Notes: a model not told the origin generated them from the letters alone. A DNA stretch of 64,000 nt from Alphaproteobacteria bacterium (GCA_965220745.1 CBDCQT010000005.1:128001-192000), one strand, 5' to 3'. Numbered from the stretch's first letter, positions 41,233 through 50,812 are shown. A program made the numbers and translations.

Positions 41233-44200
41233 CTACATCGACATTCCCCGGCCCCGGCTCCTTCGCAGGGCGGCCTGCTTTTCCTGTTCCTGAGCGATCC
41301 TGTTGCGGATCTCCTCTTCCCGCTCACGGACCGCGTCCGGGTCTGCGCCGGCGGCGGCCAGATGGGCGGCGAGCTCGTGTTGCGGCACGTCCTTCCTGAG
41401 CGCCGCCGCGTCGCCGAGAACCTCCTGCTCCTGCTGCCGGCAGTCCTGCCGGGCCTGTCGACGCTCCTCGAACGAGGTAGTCGTGACGCTCATCTGCGTC
41501 AGAGCGTTCCGCGCGCTCTCGGCCTCCGCCGCTCTCTCGAGAAATGCCTCGACCCGATCCCGATTGAGCGCCCAGCGTTCGTCCCTGGCAAGAAGGCCGT
41601 CGACCGTGCTGCGCAGACTCTCCGGCAGATGCGGTCTGGCATCGAGGGAGCGTGCGCGCTCCATCAGCGCGGCATAGTCGCGGCTATCGAAGCCGATCCC
41701 GCCCGTCTTCTCCGCCCACTGCTGCACGCCCGCAGACAGCACGTTCGTCTCCCGCGCCTCGACCGCGATCAGCGCACCGTCGAGGCGGCCCGTTCCCTCG
41801 GTCAGCGCCTTGCGCTCGCCCGGCATGGCGGCCAGATGGGGCGCGTGGGAGGCGTCGTTTGCCAGCATCGCACGGGCCTCGGCGAGCAGGGGCTCCGCCT
41901 GCTGCCGCCAGCCGGCGAGCGCGTCGAGCCTCGCGGGACGCTCGGGGCAGTCCGCCGTCAGCGCGTCCAGCCGTGCGGGCCATTCCCGGATCTGCCAGCA
42001 GAGCGTTACACATCTAGCATGGTAGCCGAGCCATGAGGCGACGACCTCCTGCGTGCGCACCGGCAGCGCCGCCTGCGCGGAGAGCGCCTTGGCCTGTGCG
42101 ACCAACTCGCCGTAGCGCGGCACATGGAACGCCTCGATCCGGGTTTCTCGTGCCTGCCGGTTTACCTCCTTCGTCAGCCACCCGAATGCCCGGTAGCGGT
42201 CGTGCCGTAGCGCGTCGCCGACTTCTTCGGCCGCCTGCCGGACAGCCTCGCGCCCGCCCGGTACGGCGTCCAGGTAGCGCGCGTGGGCGTCTTCCGGGCG
42301 CAGCATGTCCCCGGCCATGGCCTCCAGCCTGGCGCCTTCCTCGCGCCAGGACTGCCGCGTGGGATGGTCCGGATCGAGCCCGCCGGGCTCGTCCTGCGGC
42401 AGGTCCGCACCCTGCCACGCCGCGATGCGGGCGGGCAGGGTGCGCACCCCTTCCGCCAGCGCCGTCTGCGCCGCATCGACCTCCCGCCATTCCGCCATCG
42501 CGCGCTGTACCTGTGTATCGAGCCCCTCGGCGCCCAAGAGCCTTTCGCCAAGCTCCGCCACCTGCCGGTAGCCCGGCGCATAAATCTCCGGGACGACGCT
42601 CTCCGCCGCCCGTTCGCGAAGCGCGGGCCACGCGCGTTCAAACCGTCCGGCATCGTCGAGGAGCCGTGTGCGCTCGAGCATCCCGACGGCGTCCTCCATG
42701 CCGGCGCGCCCCCCAGGCATGGCATGGAGGTGGCGGGCCACATCGCGATGTGCCGCCACGCGGTGGGCCGTCTCGCCGTCGGCCTCCACCAGGCTCCGGC
42801 CTGCCTGCAGAAGCGCCGCCCCCTCCTCGCGCCAGGCGGCGTATTGGGCAAGCTCCTCCACCGGCACTCCCTGCGAGGAGGCCGCCCAGCCGAGCTCCGG
42901 CCAGCGCCGCCAATGCTCCCGGATGCCCTCGACGAGGGCCTGCACCTCGCGGTCGTGCGCGAGATGCTGCTCGTGTTTCTCCAGCATGGTGTCGGTGAGA
43001 CGGCGCATGTCCTCCGGCAGGTCCTCGATCTGCGCGAGCGCAGCAGCCTGCGCCATCACGTCCCTGTATCCCGGCATGAAGAACGGAACGGTGTTCGCCG
43101 CCTCTCCCTTTCGCAGAAGCGCCCGCCAGTCCGCCGCCAGCGCCGTGAACACCTCGGGGTCCACCGCGGGGGGCTCGGAAAGGTCGATCCCCAGCGCCTC
43201 CAGCGCCCCGTCCTCGCTCCGGTCGTACGCCATGCTCTCGATGAGCGCGTCGCGGTCGTCGGTCAGCAGCAGGAACTCTTCCGAGACCCGGCTGAGCTCG
43301 ACATGGAACAGCTCGCGGTCGGCCCCGGCGCCCGCGTCCAGCACCGCGATCGCCGCCCGCGCCGTCCGGCCCTGCGCAGAATGCACGGTGGAACAATACG
43401 CATGATCGAGATGGCGCAACTGCGGGTCGGTAAGCGCAAGACTGAACTCCCGGCCGCCCTCGCGGAAGCGCACCCGCCTGTATCCGATCTCCAAGATCTT
43501 CGCTTCGCCGCCGTTGACCAGGTCCGGCGCCTGGGGATGCCTGCCGCGGGCAGGCGGGGCCTTGCGGTTGCGTGTCCAGCGGATCAGGTCGCCCTCGCGC
43601 AACTCGATCCGCTCGGTGTCGTAGAGGCCCAGATAGTGCGCCGCATTGCCCGAGGGCCGGAACCGGCGCTCGCCCTCGGCGTGGGCTAGAACGACCCTGC
43701 CGTCGTCGTGGCCCATGACGATGCAGACGTCGTTCGTGCGGCAGCCGAAGACGTCGCGGTGGAACACCACGGTGTCGCCGGGCTCGTAGCTCCGGATGTC
43801 GGAGGCCAGCGCGCGGGTGAGCCGCCGGTTTACCAGGCGGTCGACGGCGAGAGAGCGGCCCTTCAACACGCCTTCCTCCGCGAGCCCCTCGCGCACCGTA
43901 TCGTTCGCCTGCCGGCGGATCGCGTGCGTGGGGGCGAGAATCAGGGTGTCCGCCCGCTGCTCCGGCGCCAGCGCGAGCCAGCGCCGCGCCGCCTCGATGC
44001 CGAGCTCCTCGCGCCGCGCTTCGCGCACCCGGTTGCCCAGCGCCGCGATGGCCGCGCCCGGCTCCCCCTCCCTGACGCGGCCTACCGTCGCGCGCAGCTC
44101 CAGGTCGCGCTGGCGCAGCACCTCGTCCATGATCGCCGTCGCCATGCCCGCCTTCTGCAGCAGCCGGAAGGGCTGGCCCGCATCCACCGCCTTCAACTGC

Positions 44201-46044
44201 GCCGTGTCGCCCACCAGCGCCACGCGTGCCACATCCAGATCGCGCGCGATGCGCAGCAGCGCCTCCATGCGCACGGTGTCGATCATCGACGCCTCGTCCA
44301 CCGCCAGCACCGCGCCCCCGTACTCCTCCCGGCCCCGCGCCAGCCGCTCCGGGTCGGAGAGGTCGTTGAAGCGGGTCAGGAAGTGCTGCACCGTCCTGGA
44401 CGCGATGCCGGCCTCCCTGGCGAGAACCCGTGCGGCGGCGGCAGAGGGTGCCAGGCCCTGTATCTTCCGCTCACCGAGGAGTTCCTTCACCTCCCTCAGC
44501 ATGGTTGTCTTGCCGCTGCCGGCATGGCCCTGCACGCCGACCGTGAGATCGTTCGACAGCAGCACCGTGCGGACCGCCTCCCTCTGGCCCTTGGTGAGAC
44601 GCGACGCCCCGAGCCGCGCCTCCACGGCATCCTCGTCGGCCAGCGCCGCTCCCTTGCCGCGCCCCGCCCGCATCGACGCCAGCACCTGGCGTTCAGCCTT
44701 CACCGCCCGGTCGGTGACGAAGGCCCGGTCCATGCCCCGGCGTTCCGCCTCGATCAGCTCGCCGCCCGACACCAGCCGTGCGATCGCCCCGTCGACCTCG
44801 GCCAGGGTGTAGCGTCCCGGCGCGTGGCCCAGCGCCACCGCCCGGATCTCGGCCTCCGGGATCGCGGTGCGCCTCTCCGCAACATGCGCCACCGCCCGCG
44901 CCACCGCCTCCAGGACGCCCCGCTCGGGCTCCTGCGACAGCTCCGCCGGCGCCGGTGAGCGAGGGGGCGTGGGCTTCACCCCCGCCGACGCGGCAACGCC
45001 GTCGCGGGGCTGCCTCGGCAGCGCCGGCAGCGCCGGCGCGCGCTTCAGGCTGCGGATCTCGTTGGCCGGCAGGTCGGGCGCAGGCACGCGCGGCAATCCC
45101 ACCCGCTCGCCGGTCACAGGGTCGAGCGGCCGGGACGGCCTGAGGGCCGTCTTCTCCCGGACCAGCCCCAGTGCCCGCGCCCGTTCGCGCCATTCCGGCA
45201 CCAGGTCCGCGAGGCCCTTGTCCTCCTTGCGCCGGCGCGTGTGAAGCGCCGCCATCTGCGTGTGCTTCGCCGTGTAGGACAGGTCCTGGCGCTCCAGATA
45301 CGCAAGAATCTCGCGGCGCCTGCCCGAGAACGCGTCCAGGAAGGAGCGGTCGTAGCCCGCAAGCTCGAACCCCGGCACCCTTCCCACCAAGGTCGGCGAG
45401 ACGGCCATGCCCAAAGCCTGAAGACGCCGCGCGAGCTCGTTCCGGTAGTATGCCCCGATCAGCTTCTCGCTGCGGCGGATCCTGGTCGGCTCCACGCTCC
45501 GCCATTCCCCGGACGCATTGCGCGTCATGTTGGCCAGCACGCAGTGGGTGTGCAGCTGCGGGTCCTGGTCGCGGCTCGCGAGATGCCGGAACCCCGCCAC
45601 CACCATGCCCTGCGCCTTCACCCGGGGACGGCGCCGGGTCGCCGGGTCCCAGCCCCGGGTCTGCAGAAGGTCCGCCTCCACGAACGCCAGCGTCGCCCGC
45701 ACCGCCTCGTCATGTGCCCGGATCACCCGGCGGTCGCCCATCACCAGCGCCTCCAGCGATACCGACTTGGGCGCGGACAGGGTGATGTCCCAGCCGGGCC
45801 GGTGATCGTGCTCCCCCTCGCGCATCCGGCCGAGACGCAGGTCCGTCCCCGGCACGTATCCCGACAGCACCGATTCGAAGCGCGACGGACGCACGTGGGC
45901 CTTGAGCCCCAGCGCCTTCGCCGCGTCCCCGTACCAAAAACTGGCCTGGCGGTGCTCGGGGTCGTTCTTTGCGTAGTAGCCGTCGCGCTCGTAATAGGTC
46001 ACCGCCATGGCGGACGAGCGAAGCTCGACGACCGTGGCTACCAT
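41233..46044 (-). CDS. MOBF (TrwC/TraI-like) relaxase-helicase with long repetitive C-terminal extension
   Basis: YYERDGYY, DITLSAPKSVS, H..SR..DPQLHTH, GHAGSGKT, VDEASM, TVHSAQG. Confidence 0.95.
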   Translation of the reverse strand: MVATVVELRSSAMAVTYYERDGYYAKNDPEHRQASFWYGDAAKALGLKAHVRPSRFESVLSGYVPGTDLRLGRMREGEHDHRPGWDITLSAPKSVSLEALVMGDRRVIRAHDEAVRATLAFVEADLLQTRGWDPATRRRPRVKAQGMVVAGFRHLASRDQDPQLHTHCVLANMTRNASGEWRSVEPTRIRRSEKLIGAYYRNELARRLQALGMAVSPTLVGRVPGFELAGYDRSFLDAFSGRRREILAYLERQDLSYTAKHTQMAALHTRRRKEDKGLADLVPEWRERARALGLVREKTALRPSRPLDPVTGERVGLPRVPAPDLPANEIRSLKRAPALPALPRQPRDGVAASAGVKPTPPRSPAPAELSQEPERGVLEAVARAVAHVAERRTAIPEAEIRAVALGHAPGRYTLAEVDGAIARLVSGGELIEAERRGMDRAFVTDRAVKAERQVLASMRAGRGKGAALADEDAVEARLGASRLTKGQREAVRTVLLSNDLTVGVQGHAGSGKTTMLREVKELLGERKIQGLAPSAAAARVLAREAGIASRTVQHFLTRFNDLSDPERLARGREEYGGAVLAVDEASMIDTVRMEALLRIARDLDVARVALVGDTAQLKAVDAGQPFRLLQKAGMATAIMDEVLRQRDLELRATVGRVREGEPGAAIAALGNRVREARREELGIEAARRWLALAPEQRADTLILAPTHAIRRQANDTVREGLAEEGVLKGRSLAVDRLVNRRLTRALASDIRSYEPGDTVVFHRDVFGCRTNDVCIVMGHDDGRVVLAHAEGERRFRPSGNAAHYLGLYDTERIELREGDLIRWTRNRKAPPARGRHPQAPDLVNGGEAKILEIGYRRVRFREGGREFSLALTDPQLRHLDHAYCSTVHSAQGRTARAAIAVLDAGAGADRELFHVELSRVSEEFLLLTDDRDALIESMAYDRSEDGALEALGIDLSEPPAVDPEVFTALAADWRALLRKGEAANTVPFFMPGYRDVMAQAAALAQIEDLPEDMRRLTDTMLEKHEQHLAHDREVQALVEGIREHWRRWPELGWAASSQGVPVEELAQYAAWREEGAALLQAGRSLVEADGETAHRVAAHRDVARHLHAMPGGRAGMEDAVGMLERTRLLDDAGRFERAWPALRERAAESVVPEIYAPGYRQVAELGERLLGAEGLDTQVQRAMAEWREVDAAQTALAEGVRTLPARIAAWQGADLPQDEPGGLDPDHPTRQSWREEGARLEAMAGDMLRPEDAHARYLDAVPGGREAVRQAAEEVGDALRHDRYRAFGWLTKEVNRQARETRIEAFHVPRYGELVAQAKALSAQAALPVRTQEVVASWLGYHARCVTLCWQIREWPARLDALTADCPERPARLDALAGWRQQAEPLLAEARAMLANDASHAPHLAAMPGERKALTEGTGRLDGALIAVEARETNVLSAGVQQWAEKTGGIGFDSRDYAALMERARSLDARPHLPESLRSTVDGLLARDERWALNRDRVEAFLERAAEAESARNALTQMSVTTTSFEERRQARQDCRQQEQEVLGDAAALRKDVPQHELAAHLAAAGADPDAVREREEEIRNRIAQEQEKQAALRRSRGRGMSM

Positions 46045-46116
46045 CGGATCAGACCCCGCGCGCGTCTGCGGTGCGCGGTAGGAGCGGAGAGGCTGAACGC
46101 CGCCGGCTCAACGGGC

Positions 46117-46767
46117 TCACAGCCATCGGTAAAGCAGGTGTGCTTGGCTCTCGAGCAGCATGCCCAGCACAAAGATGGTCACGACCGCAAGAACCGCCTT
46201 CCAGCCGAACTTCAGCCCGGCCGTTTGCTTGAGGATGTCATCGAGGGTCATATGGATCAGACGGGTCTGCCGAGAGGCATGGTTGCTCGTCGCCGCGAGG
46301 CCCTTCTCGATCCTGGTCACGGCCCCCTCGATCCCGGCCGCGACCCGGTCTTCGGTTGTTGCCAATCCCCCGTCGATGCGCTCTGCCGCCGCAACCGCCT
46401 TCGCCGCCGCTTCCTCGATCCTGCCGATATGGTCCGCGACGGCCGATGCTGCGTCGTCGTTTGGCGCGGCTTCGGCGACGCGGGCCACGAGCCTGTCGCC
46501 CCAGGCCTCGAGCGCCTCCCGCGTCAGTACCTCAGGTACTGCCTCAGGCAGTGCCGTAGGCACCGGCGCAGACCGTTCCGTCGACACCGCTTCCTTCAGT
46601 CCGGCCACCTGCTCCCGCAGGTCCCGCACGTCGGCGAGCAGTTCCTCGATCGCGGCAGGATCGATACCGGGATCCGGCCGTGAAGCGGGCGGGCCCTCCG
46701 CCGGCAGGCTCGCCAGGAGGTCCGGCTGGCCCGTCCGTCCGCTCTTGCCGTCGCGCTCCGCAGTCAC
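46117..46767 (-). CDS. Hypothetical helical protein with C-terminal TM segment (mob module)
   Basis: GAGG SD + GTG, coiled-coil character, WKAVLAVVTIFVLGMLL. Confidence 0.65.
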   Translation of the reverse strand: MTAERDGKSGRTGQPDLLASLPAEGPPASRPDPGIDPAAIEELLADVRDLREQVAGLKEAVSTERSAPVPTALPEAVPEVLTREALEAWGDRLVARVAEAAPNDDAASAVADHIGRIEEAAAKAVAAAERIDGGLATTEDRVAAGIEGAVTRIEKGLAATSNHASRQTRLIHMTLDDILKQTAGLKFGWKAVLAVVTIFVLGMLLESQAHLLYRWL

Positions 46768-46994
46768 GCCAATTGTCCCCTCGTGCGGGCGACCTCGTGC
46801 ACCTCATTCATGCCGGTGATGCACATGATGCCTGCCTCACGGCAACCGCTTCCGGCGGGATTCCGTCTCCCCTTCGCAGGCCTGTGGCGGGACCCTCTGC
46901 TTCTGATGTCGCGCTCCGGTGTCACGCTATCCCTCTCCTCGTTCGGTCGACCTCGCGCACATCATTGATGCCGGCGGCGCAGACGGTGAGCGCC

Positions 46995-47561
46995 TCACAA
47001 GAGCCGGTCCTGGCGGGAGTCCGTCTTCCCCTCGCGGGCCTCAGGCGCGACCTCTTGCTTCGCTGCCGGCGGCTCGGTCGAGACCGCGACCGAGGCCGGC
47101 ACGACCGAGGTCGGCTCGGTCGAGACCGCGACCGAGGCCGCGGCGATACCCGCCCGCTCCTCGCCAAGCACCGAGGCGAGCGCCAGCCGCAGCTCTTCCG
47201 AGCGGCCCGACCCGGCCATCGCAGACACCCACGCGGCGAACATCACCGCGATCCGCTCCTGCATGTCGCGCACAAGGGGACCCGCATCCTCCCCCTCCAG
47301 CATCAGCGCGCGAACCTCCCTAACCGCCTCCAGCTGCTCCCGCTGCTCTTCCTTGGCAAGCGCCAGCGCGGGATGGTCGTGCCGTAGACCCGCGTCCTCT
47401 TCCGCAGCGTCCCGTTCCACCAACCCCAGCAGGTAGCGCGCGATCGACAGGCCGCGCCGCTCCGCGTTCTGGCGAACGATCTCCCATTCCGCGTCCGTCG
47501 CCGAGATCGAGATGTGCTTGCTCGGCCTGCGCGCCTTCCGCCGCCGCCGCACCCGCCTCAC
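46995..47561 (-). CDS. Ribbon-helix-helix (MobC/relaxosome accessory-like) protein 3
   Basis: ISISATDAEWEIVRQNAERRGLSIARYL; GTGA coupling to upstream gene. Confidence 0.7.
   Translation of the reverse strand: MRRVRRRRKARRPSKHISISATDAEWEIVRQNAERRGLSIARYLLGLVERDAAEEDAGLRHDHPALALAKEEQREQLEAVREVRALMLEGEDAGPLVRDMQERIAVMFAAWVSAMAGSGRSEELRLALASVLGEERAGIAAASVAVSTEPTSVVPASVAVSTEPPAAKQEVAPEAREGKTDSRQDRLL
47070..47140. repeat. 29-bp direct repeat, 42-bp period, inside RHH3 C-terminus
   Basis: CGGCTCGGTCGAGACCGCGACCGAGGCCG at 47070-47098 and 47112-47140 (ASVAVSTEP twice). Confidence 0.85.
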
Positions 47562-47869
47562 GGCGCACGCTCCCTCGCAAGGACGGAGATCGCGCTCAGC
47601 AGGCTGAGCCCGCTGCCCCCCGGAAGCTCGCGCCGGAGAGCCCGCACGAATGCCTGCAACTCACGCACCCCGTCCCGCTGCTCCACCTGTTCCGCTTCCG
47701 TCAGCACCAGGGGATGACGGTCCGGATCGTCGGCGAGCGCGAGCTCCAGCACATAGCGCGACACGGTCTTGTCCGCCGCCGCAGCGCGCTCCCGGATCAT
47801 CGCCTGCTCAGCCGGCTTGCAGTGCAGGCTCCGCTGACGCCTGAGCGGCCGCGCCGCCTCCTCAGTCAC
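47558..47869 (-). CDS. Ribbon-helix-helix (MobC-like) protein 2
   Basis: RSLHCKPAEQAMIRERAAAADKTVSRYV; GTGA coupling. Confidence 0.7.
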   Translation of the reverse strand: MTEEAARPLRRQRSLHCKPAEQAMIRERAAAADKTVSRYVLELALADDPDRHPLVLTEAEQVEQRDGVRELQAFVRALRRELPGGSGLSLLSAISVLARERAP

Positions 47870-48237
47870 GATCCATCCTCCTCAGCCGGCCCCGCCGCCT
47901 TCCAGCGGTTCGCCGCTCCGGGATCGGTGAGCCGGTCGAGCATGCCCTCCCGCTCGAGCCATTCGTCCACCGCGTCGCAGGCATCCTCCCAGGCCTCGCC
48001 GGCGCCCGCCCCGCGCAGCCGTCTCTCCTCCAGCCTGGACAGCACCAGCATCTCGCGCACCGCCCGGCGCAGGATCTCCGGCGGCAGAGGGTCCCGGTCC
48101 AGCGCGCGATGGATCACGAAGCGCGACAGGTCCATGCCGCTCGCCGCAGCCGCCCGGCCAATCCGTTCCCACTCCGCATCGGTCGCCATCACGGCGCGCT
48201 GGCGGCGCCCGCTGGCATCCTCCCTCATGGCCGCCAT
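47866..48237 (-). CDS. Ribbon-helix-helix (MobC-like) protein 1
   Basis: RAVMATDAEWERIGRAAAASGMDLSRFV; start 48237 or 48228. Confidence 0.7.
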   Translation of the reverse strand: MAAMREDASGRRQRAVMATDAEWERIGRAAAASGMDLSRFVIHRALDRDPLPPEILRRAVREMLVLSRLEERRLRGAGAGEAWEDACDAVDEWLEREGMLDRLTDPGAANRWKAAGPAEEDGS

Positions 48238-48486
48238 CCGTCCGGCAAGGCTTGCAGAGACCGCAACACGCGGCTACTCCTCGATGCAGAATGTGTCATG
48301 AAAGTCCTATGATATTCATCGCATCCACGATTTCTATGTCGTTATTATGTCCTTGAACAATGCGCCATGATAGGACAAGAACCATACTAGTGCCCCACGG
48401 CAAATGCCACAACCTGTTTCCCCGAATGCAACTCCTCAGCGACACAGAATTTGCCAATGTGTTCTCCACCACCGCTCCAATCGCCC

Positions 48487-48515
48487 TTGACGGCACTCGT
48501 AACCCATTGTAGAAT
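48487..48515 (+). promoter_or_regulatory. Near-consensus sigma70 promoter facing out of the island right end
   Basis: TTGACG (48487-48492), 17 nt spacer, TAGAAT (48510-48515). Confidence 0.75.
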
Positions 48516-48586
48516 AGCTCTAATACAGGAGGGAACTGCAACCCTACGTCACGGTTCGTTCACGTCAAGCCCCCTACTAGTGGTTC

Positions 48587-48600
48587 ACACCCCCTACTGC
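48587..48600 (+). repeat. Right junction copy of imperfect direct repeat ACACCCCCTACTGC
   Basis: 11/14 match to 330-343; PhyH homology resumes here. Confidence 0.85.
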
Positions 48601-49119
48601 GACATCAAGCCGATCGTGGTGATCGCCGCTTTAGCGCTCTCGGACTGCGGCGAGGACGCCGGGTGCCTGCGCGTGATTCCCGGCTCCCATCGCGGGGCGC
48701 TGCTGCCGCATCGCGAGCATTTCGGCACCGACAGCCTGCTTACTCGCGAGCAGCAGATCGACGCGCCCATCGACGAGAGCGCCGCGGTCTCGCTGCCGAT
48801 GGCGGCGGGCGAGGCGGTCCTCTTCAACAACGCGATCTGCCACTCCTCCGGCCCCAACCGGGGCGACGACCGTCGCATCATCTTCCTGATCGAATACGTG
48901 CCGACGCACGCCTGGCAGCACGAGCCGCGCGAATCCGCGATGCTGGTGCGGGGCGTCGATCGCTTCGGCCATTTTGATGTCGACCCGCGCCCGGCCCAGG
49001 AGATGAGCCCGGCGGCGCAGGCAGCATGGCGGCGCAAGGTCGAGGTGCAGGCAAAGGTGCTCTACCGCGGCGCCGCCCATCCCACGCGCGCGCTGGCGTC
49101 GGGGGGTCGAACGGCATGA
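48587..49119 (+). pseudogene. 3' half of the interrupted PhyH-family dioxygenase
   Basis: ALSD....GCLRVIPGSH, HSSGPN...RR; joining to 14-329 gives an 849-nt ORF (282 aa). Confidence 0.9.
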
Positions 49120-49141
49120 CGGACGCGCAGGCGGAGAGCGG

Positions 49142-50812
49142 CTACCCCTCGCTCTGAGCGCCCGGCAGATCGTCCTCCGGTAGCGCCTGGGTGCCCGAGT
49201 CGGTCGCGCGAGGAAAGCCGGCGACGACCGCCTCGGCCGCGATGGCGCGGGCGGCGGCGGGAACCGCGGTGCGGAGCGCCATGCGCACCACCTTCGTCGG
49301 GTCCACGATCCCCGCACGGGAGAGGTCGCAATACCGTTGCCGGTCCGCGTCGAAGCCCCAGCGCGGGTTGTCCTGCGCCAGCGCGCGGGCGATGGCGTAG
49401 GAGCCCTCGCCGCCGGCGTTCTCAACGATCCGCCGCATTGGCGCCTTGAGCGCGGCCTCCAGCGCGCCCACGCCCATGGCCTCGTCGGCGGTGCAGCCGG
49501 GGCGGACGGCGCCGAGCGCGCGCGCCGCCTGTAGCAGGGCCACGCCGCCGCCGGGCACCACGCCGTCCGACGCCGCCGCGCGCGCCGCGTTGAGCGCGTC
49601 GGTGGCGCGCTCCTTGCGGGCGCGAAGCTCGGCTTGGGTCGCACCGCCCAGGCGCAGGTGCGCGATGCCGGCGGCGAGGCGGGCGAGGCGCTCCTGCAGC
49701 TTCTCGCGGTCGAAGCTCAGGTATTTCTCCGCCTCGGCCTCGCGGCGCAGCATGGTGCAGCGCTGCGCGATCTCCTGCGCATCGCCGGCGCCTTCCACGA
49801 TGGTGGTGCGGTCGCGGGCGACGTGCACGCGCTTCGCCGCGCCCATCATCGCGGGCTTCAGGTTCTCCAGCTTGTTGCCGAGCTCGTCGGTGACGATCTG
49901 GCCGCCGGTCGCGACCGCGATGTCCTCCAGCATCGGCTTGCGCCAGCGGCCGAAGCCCGGCGCCTTGACCGCGGCGACGCGGAGCCCGCCCTGCTGCTTG
50001 TTCACGGTGAGCGTCGCCAGCGCCTCGCCGACCACGTCCTCGGCGACGACGAGCAGCGCATGCGCCGACTTCGCGAAGGCGCGGAGCGCGGGCACGATGG
50101 CGTCGACGCTGGAGATGGTCCGCTCGTGCATGAGCACGTAGACGTCCTCCAGCGTCACCGTCATGTCATCCGGGTCGGTGACGAAGGCGGTGGACACGTA
50201 GCCCTTGTCGAAGCTCATGCCCTGGTGCACCGAAAGCTCGCTCTCGATGCCCCTGGCCTCCTCGATGGTCACCACGCCGTCCGGGCCGACCTGCACGATG
50301 GCGTCTGCGAGGTGCCGGGCGATCTCGTCGTCGCCGCCCGACGCGAGCCGGGCCACGCGCTCAAGGCCGCCGCGCGCGGGCAGCGGGCGGGACTGCGCTT
50401 CGAGGGCTGCGGTGACGGCGGCAAGCCCGCGCTCGATTCCGCGCATCACGCTCATGGGATCGGCGCCCGCCACGGTGGCGCGGTGCCCCTCCGCCATCAG
50501 CGCGGCGGCGAGCACCATCGCGGTGGTGGAACCGTCGCCCACCTCGTCGGTCACCTTCGAGCCCACGTGGCGGATCAGGCGGCCGCCGATGTCCTCGAAG
50601 CGGTCCTCGAGGTCGATGTGGCGCGCGACGGTGTAGCCGTCGGTCGAGACCCAGGGCTGGGCGTGGCAGCGCTCGATCAGCACCGCGCGCCCGCCGGGGC
50701 CGAGGGTGGTGCCGACGATGTGGCCGACGGTGGCAGCACCCCGCAGCAGCGCGGCCTTGGCCTCAGGCCCGGTGCCGATGCGCTTCGGCCCCGGAATGCC
50801 GCCGATCATCAT
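49142..50812 (-). CDS. groEL: Divergent chaperonin GroEL/Cpn60 paralog
   Basis: TLGP.GR, GDGSTT, FDKGY.S, KAPGFG, DREKLQERLA, VPGGG, DPTKV; no GGM tail, no adjacent groES. Confidence 0.88.
   Translation of the reverse strand: MMIGGIPGPKRIGTGPEAKAALLRGAATVGHIVGTTLGPGGRAVLIERCHAQPWVSTDGYTVARHIDLEDRFEDIGGRLIRHVGSKVTDEVGDGSTTAMVLAAALMAEGHRATVAGADPMSVMRGIERGLAAVTAALEAQSRPLPARGGLERVARLASGGDDEIARHLADAIVQVGPDGVVTIEEARGIESELSVHQGMSFDKGYVSTAFVTDPDDMTVTLEDVYVLMHERTISSVDAIVPALRAFAKSAHALLVVAEDVVGEALATLTVNKQQGGLRVAAVKAPGFGRWRKPMLEDIAVATGGQIVTDELGNKLENLKPAMMGAAKRVHVARDRTTIVEGAGDAQEIAQRCTMLRREAEAEKYLSFDREKLQERLARLAAGIAHLRLGGATQAELRARKERATDALNAARAAASDGVVPGGGVALLQAARALGAVRPGCTADEAMGVGALEAALKAPMRRIVENAGGEGSYAIARALAQDNPRWGFDADRQRYCDLSRAGIVDPTKVVRMALRTAVPAAARAIAAEAVVAGFPRATDSGTQALPEDDLPGAQSEG

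Larger units (their letters stand above)
330..48596. mobile_element. ~48.3 kb integrative mobilisable element / defence island inserted in the PhyH gene
   Basis: Split host gene on both sides, 14-bp imperfect junction repeat, integrases at left end, MOBF relaxase and RHH genes at right end, no T4SS genes; crossover ambiguous (330-48586 or 340-48596). Confidence 0.9.

Noticed and set aside
41233-48237. Self-transmissible ICE
   Set aside because: No VirB4, coupling protein or mating-pair genes within the island
48516-48596. IS110-style bridge RNA guiding integration
   Set aside because: No IS110 recombinase is encoded; target-like CCCTAC repeats are too short to support guide function without covariation data
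48451-49119. 222-aa ORF as an intact gene
   Set aside because: The first ~45 codons are island-end non-coding DNA; homology starts at ~48587 and the HxD motif lies at the other end of the island
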